From the NCBI GenBank assembly GCA_049671165.1, contig JBATUN010000012.1, positions 23,102 to 87,101 of the forward strand: a stretch of 64,000 nt of DNA, given 5' to 3'. This document shows positions 9,521-19,414 of this stretch, piece by piece. Position 1 is the stretch's first letter; each line of letters starts with the position of its first letter. The notes beneath the pieces were generated by a model. It searched no databases. It saw nothing but the letters and a program-made list of their open reading frames with translations, and was not told the DNA's origin. The translations under genes and the position numbers were made by a program. Origin of the DNA: Dehalococcoidia bacterium. Its GTDB lineage: Bacteria; Chloroflexota; Dehalococcoidia; GIF9; AB-539-J10.

Positions 9521-11155
9521 GTGACAACGAAGAATAGAAAAATTCTCTTACCAGCTCTGCTCTCTATTGCCCTCGTCTTCAGCCTGATTCTTCCCGCGGT
9601 GATTGCTGAAGCTTCAGCAACTACCCTACAGGGGACGTGGGTGCTGGAATATTACGGAGAACCGGGGAATCTCATAGCACCTTACCCGGACAAAGATACT
9701 ACACTCACAATCAGTGGCTCTGACTTTAGTGGACATGCCGGCATAAATTCGTATTATGGGAAGTGGAAAGTGGTTGGGGACAAATTATTGATTATAGAGG
9801 GCTATAGTACAGAAGCGGCTGGCCCCGAACACCTGATGGAACAGGAAGATCGCTATTTTCGTACCCTTTTTGTCCCTGAGGTGACTTACGAGATCACCAA
9901 TGGTAAATTGACCCTATCCTCCAGCGAAGGACTGCTCGTATTCATAAGTGAGGCTGCTGACAGGGGCCACGGGGAATGCAACGTCGGCAACTGGACGGAC
10001 ATCAAGCAGGTCGCCGCAGGCTCCAGCCACACCGTGGGTCTTAAGTCTGACGGCACCGTGGTCGCCGTGGGACGCAACGATTATGGGCAGTGCGACGTCG
10101 GCAACTGGACAGACATCACCCAGGTCGCCGCAGGCGGCCATCACACGGTGGGGCTCAAGGACGACGATACTGTGGTCACTGTGGGAGATAACTCCAACGG
10201 GCAGTGCGATGTCGGTAACTGGACAGACATCACCCAGGTCGCCGCAGGCGGTGCACACACGGTGGGGCTCAAGGCAGACGGCGGCGTGGTCGCCGTGGGG
10301 TTCAACCACTACGGGCAGTGCAATGTCGGCGGCTGGGGAAATATCACCAAGGTCGCTGCAGGCTTGTATCACACAGTGGGGCTTAAGGCCGACGGCACAG
10401 TGGTTGCCGTGGGATTGAACGACTACGAAGGGCAGTGTGATGTCGGCAACTGGACAGACATCACCCAGGTCGCCGCAGGTTACTCTCACACAGTGGGGCT
10501 CGAGTCCGACGGCACCGCGGTCGCCGTAGGATGGAACGACGATGGGCAGTGCGATGTAGAGGGCTGGACGAACACCACCCAGGTCGCCGCAGGCTTCTAT
10601 CACACGGTGGGGCTTAAATCCGACCACACGGTGGTCGCCGTGGGGTTCAACTACTACGGGCAGTGCAATGTCGAGGGCTGGACGGACATCATCCAGGTCG
10701 CCGCAGGCGACTGGCACACGGTGGGGCTTAAATCAGACGGCACCGTGGTCGCCGTGGGTGGTGCCATCCCGGACGATGCTATCCCGGACGATGCTATCCC
10801 CGAAGCCGGGTGCTTCATCGCCACCGCAGCCTACGGCACATCAATGGCAGAGGAAATACAAGTTCTGCGTGAGTTCAGGGATGAATACCTCCTGATCAAC
10901 TCGCTGGGACAAGCCCTGGTAGGCCTTTATTACAGGGTCAGCCAGCCGATGGCCGAGTTCATAACTGAGCATCCCAGCCTGAAGCCGATAGTGAGGGCTG
11001 GGCTGGTGCCCACTGTGGCCATGAGCACCGTAGTTGTCAACACCACTCCGGCCGAGAAGATAGTCATATTAGGCTTGCTGGCGCTGGTTTCAGTGGCACT
11101 GGCTGTATGGGCAACGAGTCGGCGAGGCAGAGGGCCAGAATATACCTCAGGGTGA
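9521..11155 (+). CDS. Secreted/anchored protein: META (HslJ-like) domain + ~9 RCC1-like beta-propeller repeats + C-terminal CFIATAAYG anchoring module + TM helix
   Basis: Signal peptide. META-like block LQGTWVLEYYG...AGINSYYGKW...LTLS. Tandem ~39-aa repeats CDVGNWTDITQVAAG.HTVGLK.DGTVVAVG.N.YGQ. C-terminus DAIPDDAIPDDAIPEAGCFIATAAYG...REFRDEYLL followed by a hydrophobic helix. GTG start, with the SD immediately adjacent (atypical spacing). Confidence 0.7.
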   Translation: MTTKNRKILLPALLSIALVFSLILPAVIAEASATTLQGTWVLEYYGEPGNLIAPYPDKDTTLTISGSDFSGHAGINSYYGKWKVVGDKLLIIEGYSTEAAGPEHLMEQEDRYFRTLFVPEVTYEITNGKLTLSSSEGLLVFISEAADRGHGECNVGNWTDIKQVAAGSSHTVGLKSDGTVVAVGRNDYGQCDVGNWTDITQVAAGGHHTVGLKDDDTVVTVGDNSNGQCDVGNWTDITQVAAGGAHTVGLKADGGVVAVGFNHYGQCNVGGWGNITKVAAGLYHTVGLKADGTVVAVGLNDYEGQCDVGNWTDITQVAAGYSHTVGLESDGTAVAVGWNDDGQCDVEGWTNTTQVAAGFYHTVGLKSDHTVVAVGFNYYGQCNVEGWTDIIQVAAGDWHTVGLKSDGTVVAVGGAIPDDAIPDDAIPEAGCFIATAAYGTSMAEEIQVLREFRDEYLLINSLGQALVGLYYRVSQPMAEFITEHPSLKPIVRAGLVPTVAMSTVVVNTTPAEKIVILGLLALVSVALAVWATSRRGRGPEYTSG

Positions 11156-11190
11156 AATAGATTGAAACGGGATAAACCCTGCCCCTACGG

Positions 11191-11217
11191 GATTGCTTCG
11201 CTGCGCTCGCAATGACA
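11191..11217 (-). repeat. Small structured repeat copy 6 (reverse orientation, upstream of ilvD)
   Basis: gattgcttcgctgcgctcgcaatgaca is the reverse complement of tgtcattgcgagcgcagcgaagcaatc. Confidence 0.8.
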
Positions 11218-11393
11218 ACTGAACAATTGCAGAACAACCTCAAAAAGACATTGCATTGACGCTAGTTAGGCATTGTGCTATTTTATGCGACATAATTCAT
11301 TTGAGGGACATGAGTTAAATCAACCCCAAGAAGTCTGACCTCAATCTACAGGGGCCTCCACGAAGACTGTGAGATTTTCATAGGGTGGGTTAA

Positions 11394-13061
11394 ATGCGAA
11401 GCGACATGGTGAAGAAAGGAATCGAGCGAGCACCTCACCGGGCGCTGCTGCGGGCTGTCGGTTGCTCATCAGATGACTGGGATAAGCCATTTATCGGAGT
11501 AATCAACAGCTTTACTGAGATTGTTCCCGGGCACATCCATCTGCAAACAATCGCCAAGGCGGTCAAACAAGGGATTCGCAGTCGGGGCGGGGTGCCTTTT
11601 GAGGTCAATACCATAGCTGTTTGCGATGGTATCGCCATGAATCACCCAGGAATGAAATACAGTCTGCCCAGCCGAGAACTCATTGCTGACTCGGTGGAAA
11701 TCGTTGCTCAGGCTCATGCTTTCGATGGCCTGGTATTCATCCCGAATTGCGATAAGGTCATTCCGGGGATGTTGATGGGCGCGGTCAGGCTTAATTTACC
11801 CTCTGTCTTTGTCAGTGGTGGTCCCATGCTAGCCGGGAAGCTTGTCTGGAGAAACGCTGCCAGGTCCGTTGACCTTATTAGTGTCTTTCAAGCTGTAGGC
11901 GAAGTGGCTAAAGGCAAGATGACCGAGGCTGAATTGCAGGAACTCGAAACGGTCGCCTGTCCTGGTTGTGGGAGCTGTGCCGGCATGTTCACTGCTAATA
12001 CCATGAATTGTCTCAGCGAGGCCTTGGGGATGGCTTTGCCGGGTAATGGGACGATACCCGCGGTGGAAGCACGGCGTCGGCAACTAGCCTATGAAGCCGG
12101 GCAGCAAGTCATGGAAGCACTGGCCAAAGACATTCGGCCCGAAGATATCATCACCAGCGATTCCCTTTACAATGCCTTTGCCGTGGACATGGCTCTGGGT
12201 GGCAGCACGAATTCCGTGTTGCATCTAACCGCCATAGCGCATGAGGCTGGGCTGGATTTCCCCTTATCCCTTATAAACAAGATTAGTGACTCCGTTCCTC
12301 ATATTTGTAAATTAAGCCCGGCCAGCGACTATCATATTGAAGATTTAGACTTAGCCGGTGGTATTCCTGCGATAATGCATGAGCTATCGGGACTACTGAA
12401 GCTCGAGGCAAGCACCATCTTGGGCAAGCCATTAGGTGACATAGCCAGGAAAGCTAAAGTCAGAAATAGAAAGGTAATCCGCCGCCTGTCGCAACCGTAT
12501 GCTCCTACTGGTGGCATTAGCATATTATTTGGCAATTTGGCGCCTGATGGCGCCGTGGTGAAAAACGCTGCAGTAGCTCCTGAGATGCTGGTTCATCGGG
12601 GTCCAGCGAGAGTTTTCAATAGTGAGGAGAAGGCTACGGCAGCGATAATGAAAGGCGAATTTAAGTCAGGTGAGGTAATAGTCATTCGCTATGAAGGCCC
12701 CAAGGGAGGGCCGGGAATGCGGGAGATGTTAGCAGCTACCTCCCTTCTCAGTGGTATGGGCATGGACAAAAAGGTGGCTCTTATTACAGATGGACGCTTT
12801 TCCGGAGGCACGCGAGGAGCAGCCATTGGTCATGTCTCTCCTGAGGCGGCAGAAAAGGGTCCGATAGCGGCTTTGAGGAATGGCGATATTACTAAAATAA
12901 ATATACCTAAACACAAATTGGAAATAGAACTAAGTCAAAAGGAGCTAAAACAACGGTTAGCTGCGTTACCTGCCTTCAAACCCAGGATTAAGACTGGCTA
13001 TCTCAAGAGGTATAGTGATAGAGTAAGCTCCGCCAGCACTGGGGCGGTGTTTACCGAATAA
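11394..13061 (+). CDS. ilvD: Dihydroxy-acid dehydratase
   Basis: Motifs [15 protein letters not shown] and [18 protein letters not shown]. Length 555 aa. Confidence 0.95.
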   Translation: MRSDMVKKGIERAPHRALLRAVGCSSDDWDKPFIGVINSFTEIVPGHIHLQTIAKAVKQGIRSRGGVPFEVNTIAVCDGIAMNHPGMKYSLPSRELIADSVEIVAQAHAFDGLVFIPNCDKVIPGMLMGAVRLNLPSVFVSGGPMLAGKLVWRNAARSVDLISVFQAVGEVAKGKMTEAELQELETVACPGCGSCAGMFTANTMNCLSEALGMALPGNGTIPAVEARRRQLAYEAGQQVMEALAKDIRPEDIITSDSLYNAFAVDMALGGSTNSVLHLTAIAHEAGLDFPLSLINKISDSVPHICKLSPASDYHIEDLDLAGGIPAIMHELSGLLKLEASTILGKPLGDIARKAKVRNRKVIRRLSQPYAPTGGISILFGNLAPDGAVVKNAAVAPEMLVHRGPARVFNSEEKATAAIMKGEFKSGEVIVIRYEGPKGGPGMREMLAATSLLSGMGMDKKVALITDGRFSGGTRGAAIGHVSPEAAEKGPIAALRNGDITKINIPKHKLEIELSQKELKQRLAALPAFKPRIKTGYLKRYSDRVSSASTGAVFTE

Positions 13062-13070
13062 GGACCAATT

Positions 13071-14768
13071 ATGAAGAAAAGTGGTGCTCAGATTCTCTGT
13101 GAGAGTCTAGTTAAAGAAGGAGTAGAGGTTATTTTCGGTATTCTCGGTGGTTCTGTCTTACCGATATATGACACATTCCCCCAATATCCTGAACTCCGAC
13201 ATATATTGGTTCGTCATGAGCAGGGGGCAGCTCACGCCGCCGATGGCTATGCTCGAGCCACTCACAAAGCCGGTGTGTGTATAGCGACTTCGGGGCCGGG
13301 AGCTACCAATCTGGTTACCGGCATTGCCTGCGCTTACATGGATTCCGCACCGATGGTGGCTATAACTGGCCAGGTAGCTAGACCTGTTATTGGCAGGGAC
13401 GCTTTTCAGGAGATGGATATCACAGGAATTACCATCCCGATCACCAAACATAACTACCTTGTTACGGACGTTGGTGAGCTCGCTAGAACTGTCAAAGAGG
13501 CCTTTCACATTGCCCAGACAGGAAGGCCGGGACCTGTGCTTATCGACATACCGCGCGATGTCCAGCAAGAGCAGACGGACTTTGTCTATCCTGATAAGAC
13601 TGATTTGCCCGGCTATAGGATCATCTCTCGGGGGCATCCAGCTCAAATTAAGAAAGCGGCCAGGCTCATTAACGAGGCCGAACAACCTGTTGTCATCGCC
13701 GGTCGGGGCATAATTATTTCGCAGGCCTATGATGAGTTCAGGGAATTTGCTGAGAAAGCACAACTACCAGTAACTCACACACTTCTTGGCCTGGGCTCCT
13801 TCCCCGGGGACCATATACTTGATCTGGGCATGATGGGGATGCATGGGACAGGTTGCGCTAATATGGCAGTGCAGAGCGCCGATCTTCTTGTCGCTATTGG
13901 CATGAGATTTGATGACCGGGCTACGGCAAATACCGAAGAGTTTGCTCCCAATGCCCGCGTCATTCACATCGATATCGATCCTGCGGAGATTGGAAAGAAC
14001 ATCCGCACCGAGGTCCCGGTAGTCGGGGATATAAAGAGCGTGCTCACAGCCCTGAACGACGAGATTGAAAAGAGGGAGCACGTCGTTTGGCTTTCGCAGA
14101 TAGAACAGTGGAGGTGTGAGTATCCATCTTTGGAAATCAGGCAAAGCGATGAGGTATTGCCTCAATATATCATTCAGCAGATTTGTGAAGCCACACAAGG
14201 TAATGCTTTGGTGGTTACCGGGGTGGGACAGAATCAAATGTGGGCGGCACGATATTTCGTTTATACCAAGCCAGATAGCCTTATCTCTGCGGGAGGTTTA
14301 GGTCCGATGGGATTCGAACTACCCGCGGCCATGGGAGTCAAGATCGGTCGTCCCGAGGAGGTTGTGTGGTGCATTGCCGGCGACGGCGGCTTTCAGATGA
14401 CTATCCAGGAGTTGGCCACCATAGCTCAGGAAAATGTTGCTGTAAAAATAGCTATCATGAACAATGGTTATTTGGGCATGGTGAGACAATGGCAGGAGCT
14501 ATTCTACGGACGGCGCTACGTTGGCACGAAGCTCTGGAATCCCGATTTCGTCAAAATCGCCGAGGCGTATGGCATTCCTGGTGTCAGGGTGGAACGGAGA
14601 GAGGAAGTCATTCCGGCCATACAGAAAGCTATGGAGTGCCCGGGAGCTTTTCTTATAGACTTTCTTATCGAGCCCGAGGAAAACATTTATCCTATAGTGC
14701 CGCCGGGAGAATGCCTGGCTAGATTTTTCCTGCCATCAAAGCCGGAAGTGTTAGAGGGCAAATTCTGA
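13071..14768 (+). CDS. ilvB: Acetolactate synthase large subunit
   Basis: ThDP-binding enzyme with GDGGFQM motif. 565 aa. Confidence 0.93.
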   Translation: MKKSGAQILCESLVKEGVEVIFGILGGSVLPIYDTFPQYPELRHILVRHEQGAAHAADGYARATHKAGVCIATSGPGATNLVTGIACAYMDSAPMVAITGQVARPVIGRDAFQEMDITGITIPITKHNYLVTDVGELARTVKEAFHIAQTGRPGPVLIDIPRDVQQEQTDFVYPDKTDLPGYRIISRGHPAQIKKAARLINEAEQPVVIAGRGIIISQAYDEFREFAEKAQLPVTHTLLGLGSFPGDHILDLGMMGMHGTGCANMAVQSADLLVAIGMRFDDRATANTEEFAPNARVIHIDIDPAEIGKNIRTEVPVVGDIKSVLTALNDEIEKREHVVWLSQIEQWRCEYPSLEIRQSDEVLPQYIIQQICEATQGNALVVTGVGQNQMWAARYFVYTKPDSLISAGGLGPMGFELPAAMGVKIGRPEEVVWCIAGDGGFQMTIQELATIAQENVAVKIAIMNNGYLGMVRQWQELFYGRRYVGTKLWNPDFVKIAEAYGIPGVRVERREEVIPAIQKAMECPGAFLIDFLIEPEENIYPIVPPGECLARFFLPSKPEVLEGKF

Positions 14769-14909
14769 GCACAAAGCACGGGATGCTAACCAATATCAAG
14801 ACCCAAAGCTCCGATACTCAGAAGCAGGTGGGTTGGATTTGGGAATTTGGAGTTTGGATTTGTTTAGAGTTTGGGTATTAGGATTTAGAACTTATCTGTT
14901 GGGGGCAAA

Positions 14910-15401
14910 GTGACTGATACAAAACATACTTTAGTAGCCTTAGTGGAAGATAAGCCGGGGGTGCTTAATCGAGTGGCTAGTTTATTCCGACGGCGCTCCT
15001 TCAATATTCAGAGTCTTGCCGTAGGCGGAAGCGAACAACCTGGGTTATCTCGCATGACCATTGTAGCTGTCGGCGATTCTGCTCAAATAGAGCAGGTAAG
15101 GAAGCAGTTAGAAAAGCTAATCAACGTGGTAAAAGTCTCTGATATAACCGAAGAAAACATGGTGACCAGAGAATTGGCCTTGATCAAAGTGAAGACTACT
15201 GCCTCGACAAGAAGCGAGATTATGCAAATCGTGGGCGTTTTCCGGGCTAACATAGTCGATGTTGCTCCAGGTTCACTGACAGTGGAGGTGACTGGTGACG
15301 AAGACAAGGTGAATTCCCTGCTCGGGCTCCTTCGTGATTTTGGTATCAAGGAACTCTCACGAACTGGCAGGATCGCCCTGACGCGCGGAAGCAGTTCTTA
15401 A
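14910..15401 (+). CDS. ilvN: Acetolactate synthase small (regulatory) subunit
   Basis: ACT domain (LVEDKPGVLNRVASLFRRRSFNIQSLAV). 163 aa. Confidence 0.9.
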   Translation: MTDTKHTLVALVEDKPGVLNRVASLFRRRSFNIQSLAVGGSEQPGLSRMTIVAVGDSAQIEQVRKQLEKLINVVKVSDITEENMVTRELALIKVKTTASTRSEIMQIVGVFRANIVDVAPGSLTVEVTGDEDKVNSLLGLLRDFGIKELSRTGRIALTRGSSS

Positions 15402-15446
15402 GCAATATGCAATAGCTCACAACTGAAGGTTAATAGAGGAGGAATT

Positions 15447-16439
15447 ATGGCCAAGATTTATTATGACAAGGATGCTGACCTGAATCTGCTGAAAAGGAAG
15501 ACAATTGGCATCATTGGTTTTGGGAGTCAAGGACATGCCCATGCTCAGAACCTGAGAGACGGTGGCTGTGAGGTCGTAGTGGCTGAACTACCGGGCACCC
15601 AAGCTTGGAAAGCAGCGAAAAAAGCTGGTTTTGAAGTAGCCGCGGCGGCTGACGTGGCGAAGAAAGCAAATATAGTTGTTATGTTAGCCCCGGATACCGT
15701 GCAACCGAGAATCTATCGGGAGTCAATTGAGAGGGAGATGACCCGTGGCAAGACACTTATGTTCGCTCATGGTTTCAGTATCCACTTCTCTCAAATTGTG
15801 CCTCCAGCTGGGATCGATGTTAGTATGATAGCACCTAAATGTCCGGGACATATGCTCAGAAGGCTTTACACCGAGGGTTCAGGCCCCCCGGCGTTGGTGG
15901 CTGTCCACCAGGATACCTCGGGAAAAGCAAAAGAAACAGCTCTCGCTTATGCGAAAGGGATCGGTTGTGCTAGAGCCGGGGTCCTGGAAACGACTTTTGC
16001 TGAAGAGACTGAGACCGACTTGTTTGGTGAACAGACGGTGCTTTGCGGTGGAGTCTCTTCTCTGATAAAAGCTGGATTCGAAACATTGATAGAGGCGGGC
16101 TATCAGCCGGAGATTGCCTATTTCGAGGTCTGCCACGAATTAAAGCTCATTGTTGACCTGATATACCAAGGTGGTCTGGGTTACATGCGGTATTCGGTGA
16201 GTGACACGGCAGAGTATGGAGATTATACGCGAGGCCCGCGAATTATTGATGATTTGGTCAGGGAGGAGATGAAACAAATCCTGGCTGAGATTCAGGACGG
16301 CAGCTTTGCTACGGAATGGGTCTTGGAGAACCAAGCTGGTCGCCCCAGCTTCAATGCCATGAAAAGGATGGAAGCAGAGCATCCCATCGAAGTCGTGGGC
16401 AGAAAGCTCAGAAGTATGATGCCCTGGCTGAAAGGCTAA
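15447..16439 (+). CDS. ilvC: Ketol-acid reductoisomerase
   Basis: N-terminus [20 protein letters not shown] site [13 protein letters not shown]. 330 aa. Confidence 0.95.
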   Translation: MAKIYYDKDADLNLLKRKTIGIIGFGSQGHAHAQNLRDGGCEVVVAELPGTQAWKAAKKAGFEVAAAADVAKKANIVVMLAPDTVQPRIYRESIEREMTRGKTLMFAHGFSIHFSQIVPPAGIDVSMIAPKCPGHMLRRLYTEGSGPPALVAVHQDTSGKAKETALAYAKGIGCARAGVLETTFAEETETDLFGEQTVLCGGVSSLIKAGFETLIEAGYQPEIAYFEVCHELKLIVDLIYQGGLGYMRYSVSDTAEYGDYTRGPRIIDDLVREEMKQILAEIQDGSFATEWVLENQAGRPSFNAMKRMEAEHPIEVVGRKLRSMMPWLKG

Positions 16440-16460
16440 AAGAAAAGGACTGGCCTCAGA

Positions 16461-16724
16461 TTGTCTGCGCAGGAAGTTCTTGGCTATATTGCAGGAGTAT
16501 TTGTGACAGTGGCTTTAGTGCCACAGGTGGCAAAGATATTCAGGCTCAAGAGCGCTGCAGAGATAAGCCTGCCGTTCACCATTCTACTCCTTGTGGGTCT
16601 GCTTTGCTGGCTAGGCTATGGTATATTGTTCCAATTATTACCTGTCATTTTCTGTAATGCAGTGGGGGCAAGTCTTGTAGCTACGCTCTTGTTTGGCAAG
16701 ATGAAATACGGAAGAGGGAGATGA
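16461..16724 (+). CDS. SemiSWEET/PQ-loop family small sugar-transporter-like membrane protein
   Basis: 87 aa, three predicted TM helices. PQ motif (VALVPQVAKIFRLKSAAEIS) as in bacterial SemiSWEETs. Confidence 0.6.
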   Translation: MSAQEVLGYIAGVFVTVALVPQVAKIFRLKSAAEISLPFTILLLVGLLCWLGYGILFQLLPVIFCNAVGASLVATLLFGKMKYGRGR

Positions 16725-16895
16725 CGCCTGGCTGAAGAGCTAATTATTAGAAAAGTTTGGTGCTTACATCCTACTGCGAGCTTTGAAGAACTTTGTGAAA
16801 TTCTGTAATAGTCTCCTGCGCACACGCCTGCAGAAGGTAGTGAATTTTTGCTTGCGTTATCCTATAATATCGGAAACAGACTGGGAGGCGTGGCG

Positions 16896-17234
16896 ATGCT
16901 ATATTGTCAACACTGCAAGAAGATAATAGACGAAGATTTGGTGTTCTGTCCTAAATGCGGGGAAGTCTTGATTGAGGAAGATATAGAATGGCAGGATTTT
17001 GAACTTCAGGGGGAAGTTGAGGAGGCGAAAGATAGGGCGAATATGTATATTATTTTGGCAATAGTTCTGGTAACGCTGGGGATGACGGGTAGTAGTGTAC
17101 TTTTTGTCTCATCGAGTCTGCTTGGGCTTTTTGGGATTGTGTTTGTTTGCCTGGGTATCGGATGTACTGCGGCGGCTTACCGACATGAATGCAAGGCCAG
17201 GAGTTTGAAGAATCAGCTCAGTCGGTGCGATTAG
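16896..17234 (+). CDS. Zinc-ribbon membrane protein (hypothetical)
   Basis: Start moved to the internal ATG with SD GGGAGG 6 nt upstream. CxxC...CxxC ribbon (CQHCKK...CPKCG) plus two TM helices. Confidence 0.5.
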   Translation: MLYCQHCKKIIDEDLVFCPKCGEVLIEEDIEWQDFELQGEVEEAKDRANMYIILAIVLVTLGMTGSSVLFVSSSLLGLFGIVFVCLGIGCTAAAYRHECKARSLKNQLSRCD

Positions 17235-17351
17235 TCTTGAGCTGCGTTTAGCGATACTGGTACTTGGATTTGCGGTCAGCTCAGTGACAACTTCCGCTAC
17301 GGCTTGTTCATTTAGGTTTATCTTGCGTCACCTAAGCTTGCCATTAGGACA

Positions 17352-17609
17352 TTAAGGTGAAGTGCGCCTCAGTTCAAATACCACCGGGTTTCCCGCGTCA
17401 GGACAGGCGACTGTGGTCTTGTTTCGGTCTTTCTCCCAGGGGAATGAACCACCGAATCGCAGGACTGCCGCACAAGGAAAGAGAGAGTAAAAAGCCCATG
17501 AACACAGGTTGGGCGGCGTCTGTTCTCCGATGACAAACTCATCACCAACCTTGTGTTGAGCCTCGCAGGTCCCTTTCTGGGATATCACCTTAGCTATTAC
17601 ATGAGACAT
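17352..17609 (-). CDS. Small conserved Cys-containing protein (TIGR04076-like)
   Basis: 85 aa. Pattern KVISQKGTCEAQHKVGDEFVI...CSWAF.SLFP...FGGSFPWE...VACPD.GNPVVFELRR recalled as the TIGR04076 family. Recall-based, not verified. Confidence 0.4.
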   Translation of the reverse strand: MSHVIAKVISQKGTCEAQHKVGDEFVIGEQTPPNLCSWAFYSLFPCAAVLRFGGSFPWEKDRNKTTVACPDAGNPVVFELRRTSP

Positions 17610-17736
17610 CTCAACCTCCTATTCGACTATTGATTGCATTAATGCCTTTTGCCTCGGTTTCGTGTTGGTCGACTACAGTTGTCTATATATTACATTGTGG
17701 CGCGGCTCAGTACAAGTGAGTGTTGGAGGGTAGAAT

Positions 17737-18948
17737 ATGCTCTCGCTTCTATGCCAATCCTCCTTTTTTTGGGCGTTGCGCGCACCCAAGATTAATGGAC
17801 ATTTGGAACAGCCCGGGGGATTCACGCTGAAGATGCAAATGTGGCAATGCTATAATCATAGAGTTTACGGTGATGGATGTTGCTCTAGCAGGAATCAAAA
17901 GGGAGGCAGGAGATTGAGCTGTAAAGCTGTTGTTACCTTTTATGTGCCTGGGGTAGTCCCCACCTATGATGAGTTACTAACCAAGCTAGGGGCAGAAGTT
18001 GAGAAGACTTTTTGTGCTACTGAGGAAGAACTCATCTCTGCCTGTTGCGAAGCTGATGCTGTCATAGCACTGGGAATAAGGATAACGCCCGGTTATATCT
18101 TTAGTACCAAAGTAATCGAGAATCTGAATAAATGCCGACTGATTGCCCTTACAGGCATAGGTTATGATAATGTGGATATAGCCGCCGCTACAGAAAAAGG
18201 TATCTGTGTTACCAATAATCCTTATTACTGCTTGGAGGAGGTCTCAGACCACGCTATGGCACTTATTCTCGCCTGTGCCAGGAAGTTTTATCAACTAGTT
18301 CCTGACATCAAAAGTGGCAAATGGAGTACGCAGGCAGATTATTTGAGCGCCTTGAAGCCATTACATCGGCTATCTGGACAGACCTTGGGGCTTATTGGCT
18401 TTGGCAATATAGCTCGTGCCCTTGTCCCGAAAGCCAAAGCTTTTGGCTTCAGAATCATTGCCTATGCGCCCCATGTGCCTCACATCCTGTTTGAGACGTT
18501 CAAGGTGGAATCTGTGGAGCTCGACCAGTTACTCGAAGAGTCGGACTTTGTGTCCATGCATACCGCTCTCACCCGAGAAACCAAGCATATGATGAGGCTT
18601 CCGCAGTTCAAGAAAATGAAGCGCACCGCCCATTTTTTCAACACAGCCCGAGGAGAACTCGTGGACGAAAGGGCTCTTTGTACTGCCCTTTCAGAGGGAT
18701 TGATTGCCGGTGCTGGCCTGGATGTATTGGAGTCAGAACCTCCCGGCCAGGACAATCCGTTGCTCAAGCTCAACAATGTTCTCATTACCGGTCATTTTGC
18801 TTACTATTCCGAGGAGTCGCGCGAAGAATTATTCAGGTGGCCCTGGGAGGAGGTAGCCCGGGTACTGCAAGGGGAGTGGCCTCAGGGCTTGATAAATGCA
18901 CAAGTCAAAGAGAGGTCTAGCGCTAAATGGGGTTTTCACCCCAAGTGA
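17737..18948 (+). CDS. D-isomer-specific 2-hydroxyacid dehydrogenase family protein (N-terminal ~70 aa of ORF probably not translated)
   Basis: NAD-binding GLIGFGNIARALVPKAKAFGFRIIAYAP, catalytic R/E/H region (HTALTRETKHMM, FNTARG). True start likely downstream of 17737. Confidence 0.8.
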   Translation: MLSLLCQSSFFWALRAPKINGHLEQPGGFTLKMQMWQCYNHRVYGDGCCSSRNQKGGRRLSCKAVVTFYVPGVVPTYDELLTKLGAEVEKTFCATEEELISACCEADAVIALGIRITPGYIFSTKVIENLNKCRLIALTGIGYDNVDIAAATEKGICVTNNPYYCLEEVSDHAMALILACARKFYQLVPDIKSGKWSTQADYLSALKPLHRLSGQTLGLIGFGNIARALVPKAKAFGFRIIAYAPHVPHILFETFKVESVELDQLLEESDFVSMHTALTRETKHMMRLPQFKKMKRTAHFFNTARGELVDERALCTALSEGLIAGAGLDVLESEPPGQDNPLLKLNNVLITGHFAYYSEESREELFRWPWEEVARVLQGEWPQGLINAQVKERSSAKWGFHPK

Positions 18949-19414
18949 ATAGAGCTCATACTGAACTAGCTTTGCCAACGTACTTGGGCGATAGTCTGTA
19001 ATGCTTTCACGCTGAGAATACTTCTTGGGCAGGGTAGCCGATGTATGAGATGAGATTTGTAGGCTATGGCTGTGTCCAAAGGGAGTTCAGGGCTTTTGTT
19101 TAACAATCATACTTGTGTGCATGTTCTGGGAAGGCGTCTGACGGCCCTTGACAAGGGTTTGGAAGTGTGTTAGCATGATCATGCTCCAAGTAATCAAACA
19201 AGAACTTGGCGAGTGTGGAACCGACCGCCGAGTAAGTGGAAGCTGAAAGGTGCTGGGAGGCAGAGTCCCGGTGCAAGGTAGGTGGAAGCAGAAAGGAGAG
19301 GGGTGGCGAGCCAAGGATAGCGAGGTTACTTGGGGCAATTTTTGTTCCCAGGTCTTTTATTTATTATGCCGGTTATTAAGTATTGCTGCGGAACGAGGGA
19401 GCTAAGTTGGGGAG

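Noticed and set aside
9914-10717. 267-aa antisense ORF (plus 9886-10077 and 9948-10418 ORFs) across the RCC1-like repeat region
   Set aside because: Generated by the periodic, G+C-biased repeat DNA. Repetitive His/Gly/Asp-rich translation with no motif, fully overlapping a well-supported sense gene.
16316-16657. 113-aa + strand ORF overlapping the ilvC end and SemiSWEET gene in another frame
   Set aside because: Out-of-frame overlap with two better-supported genes.
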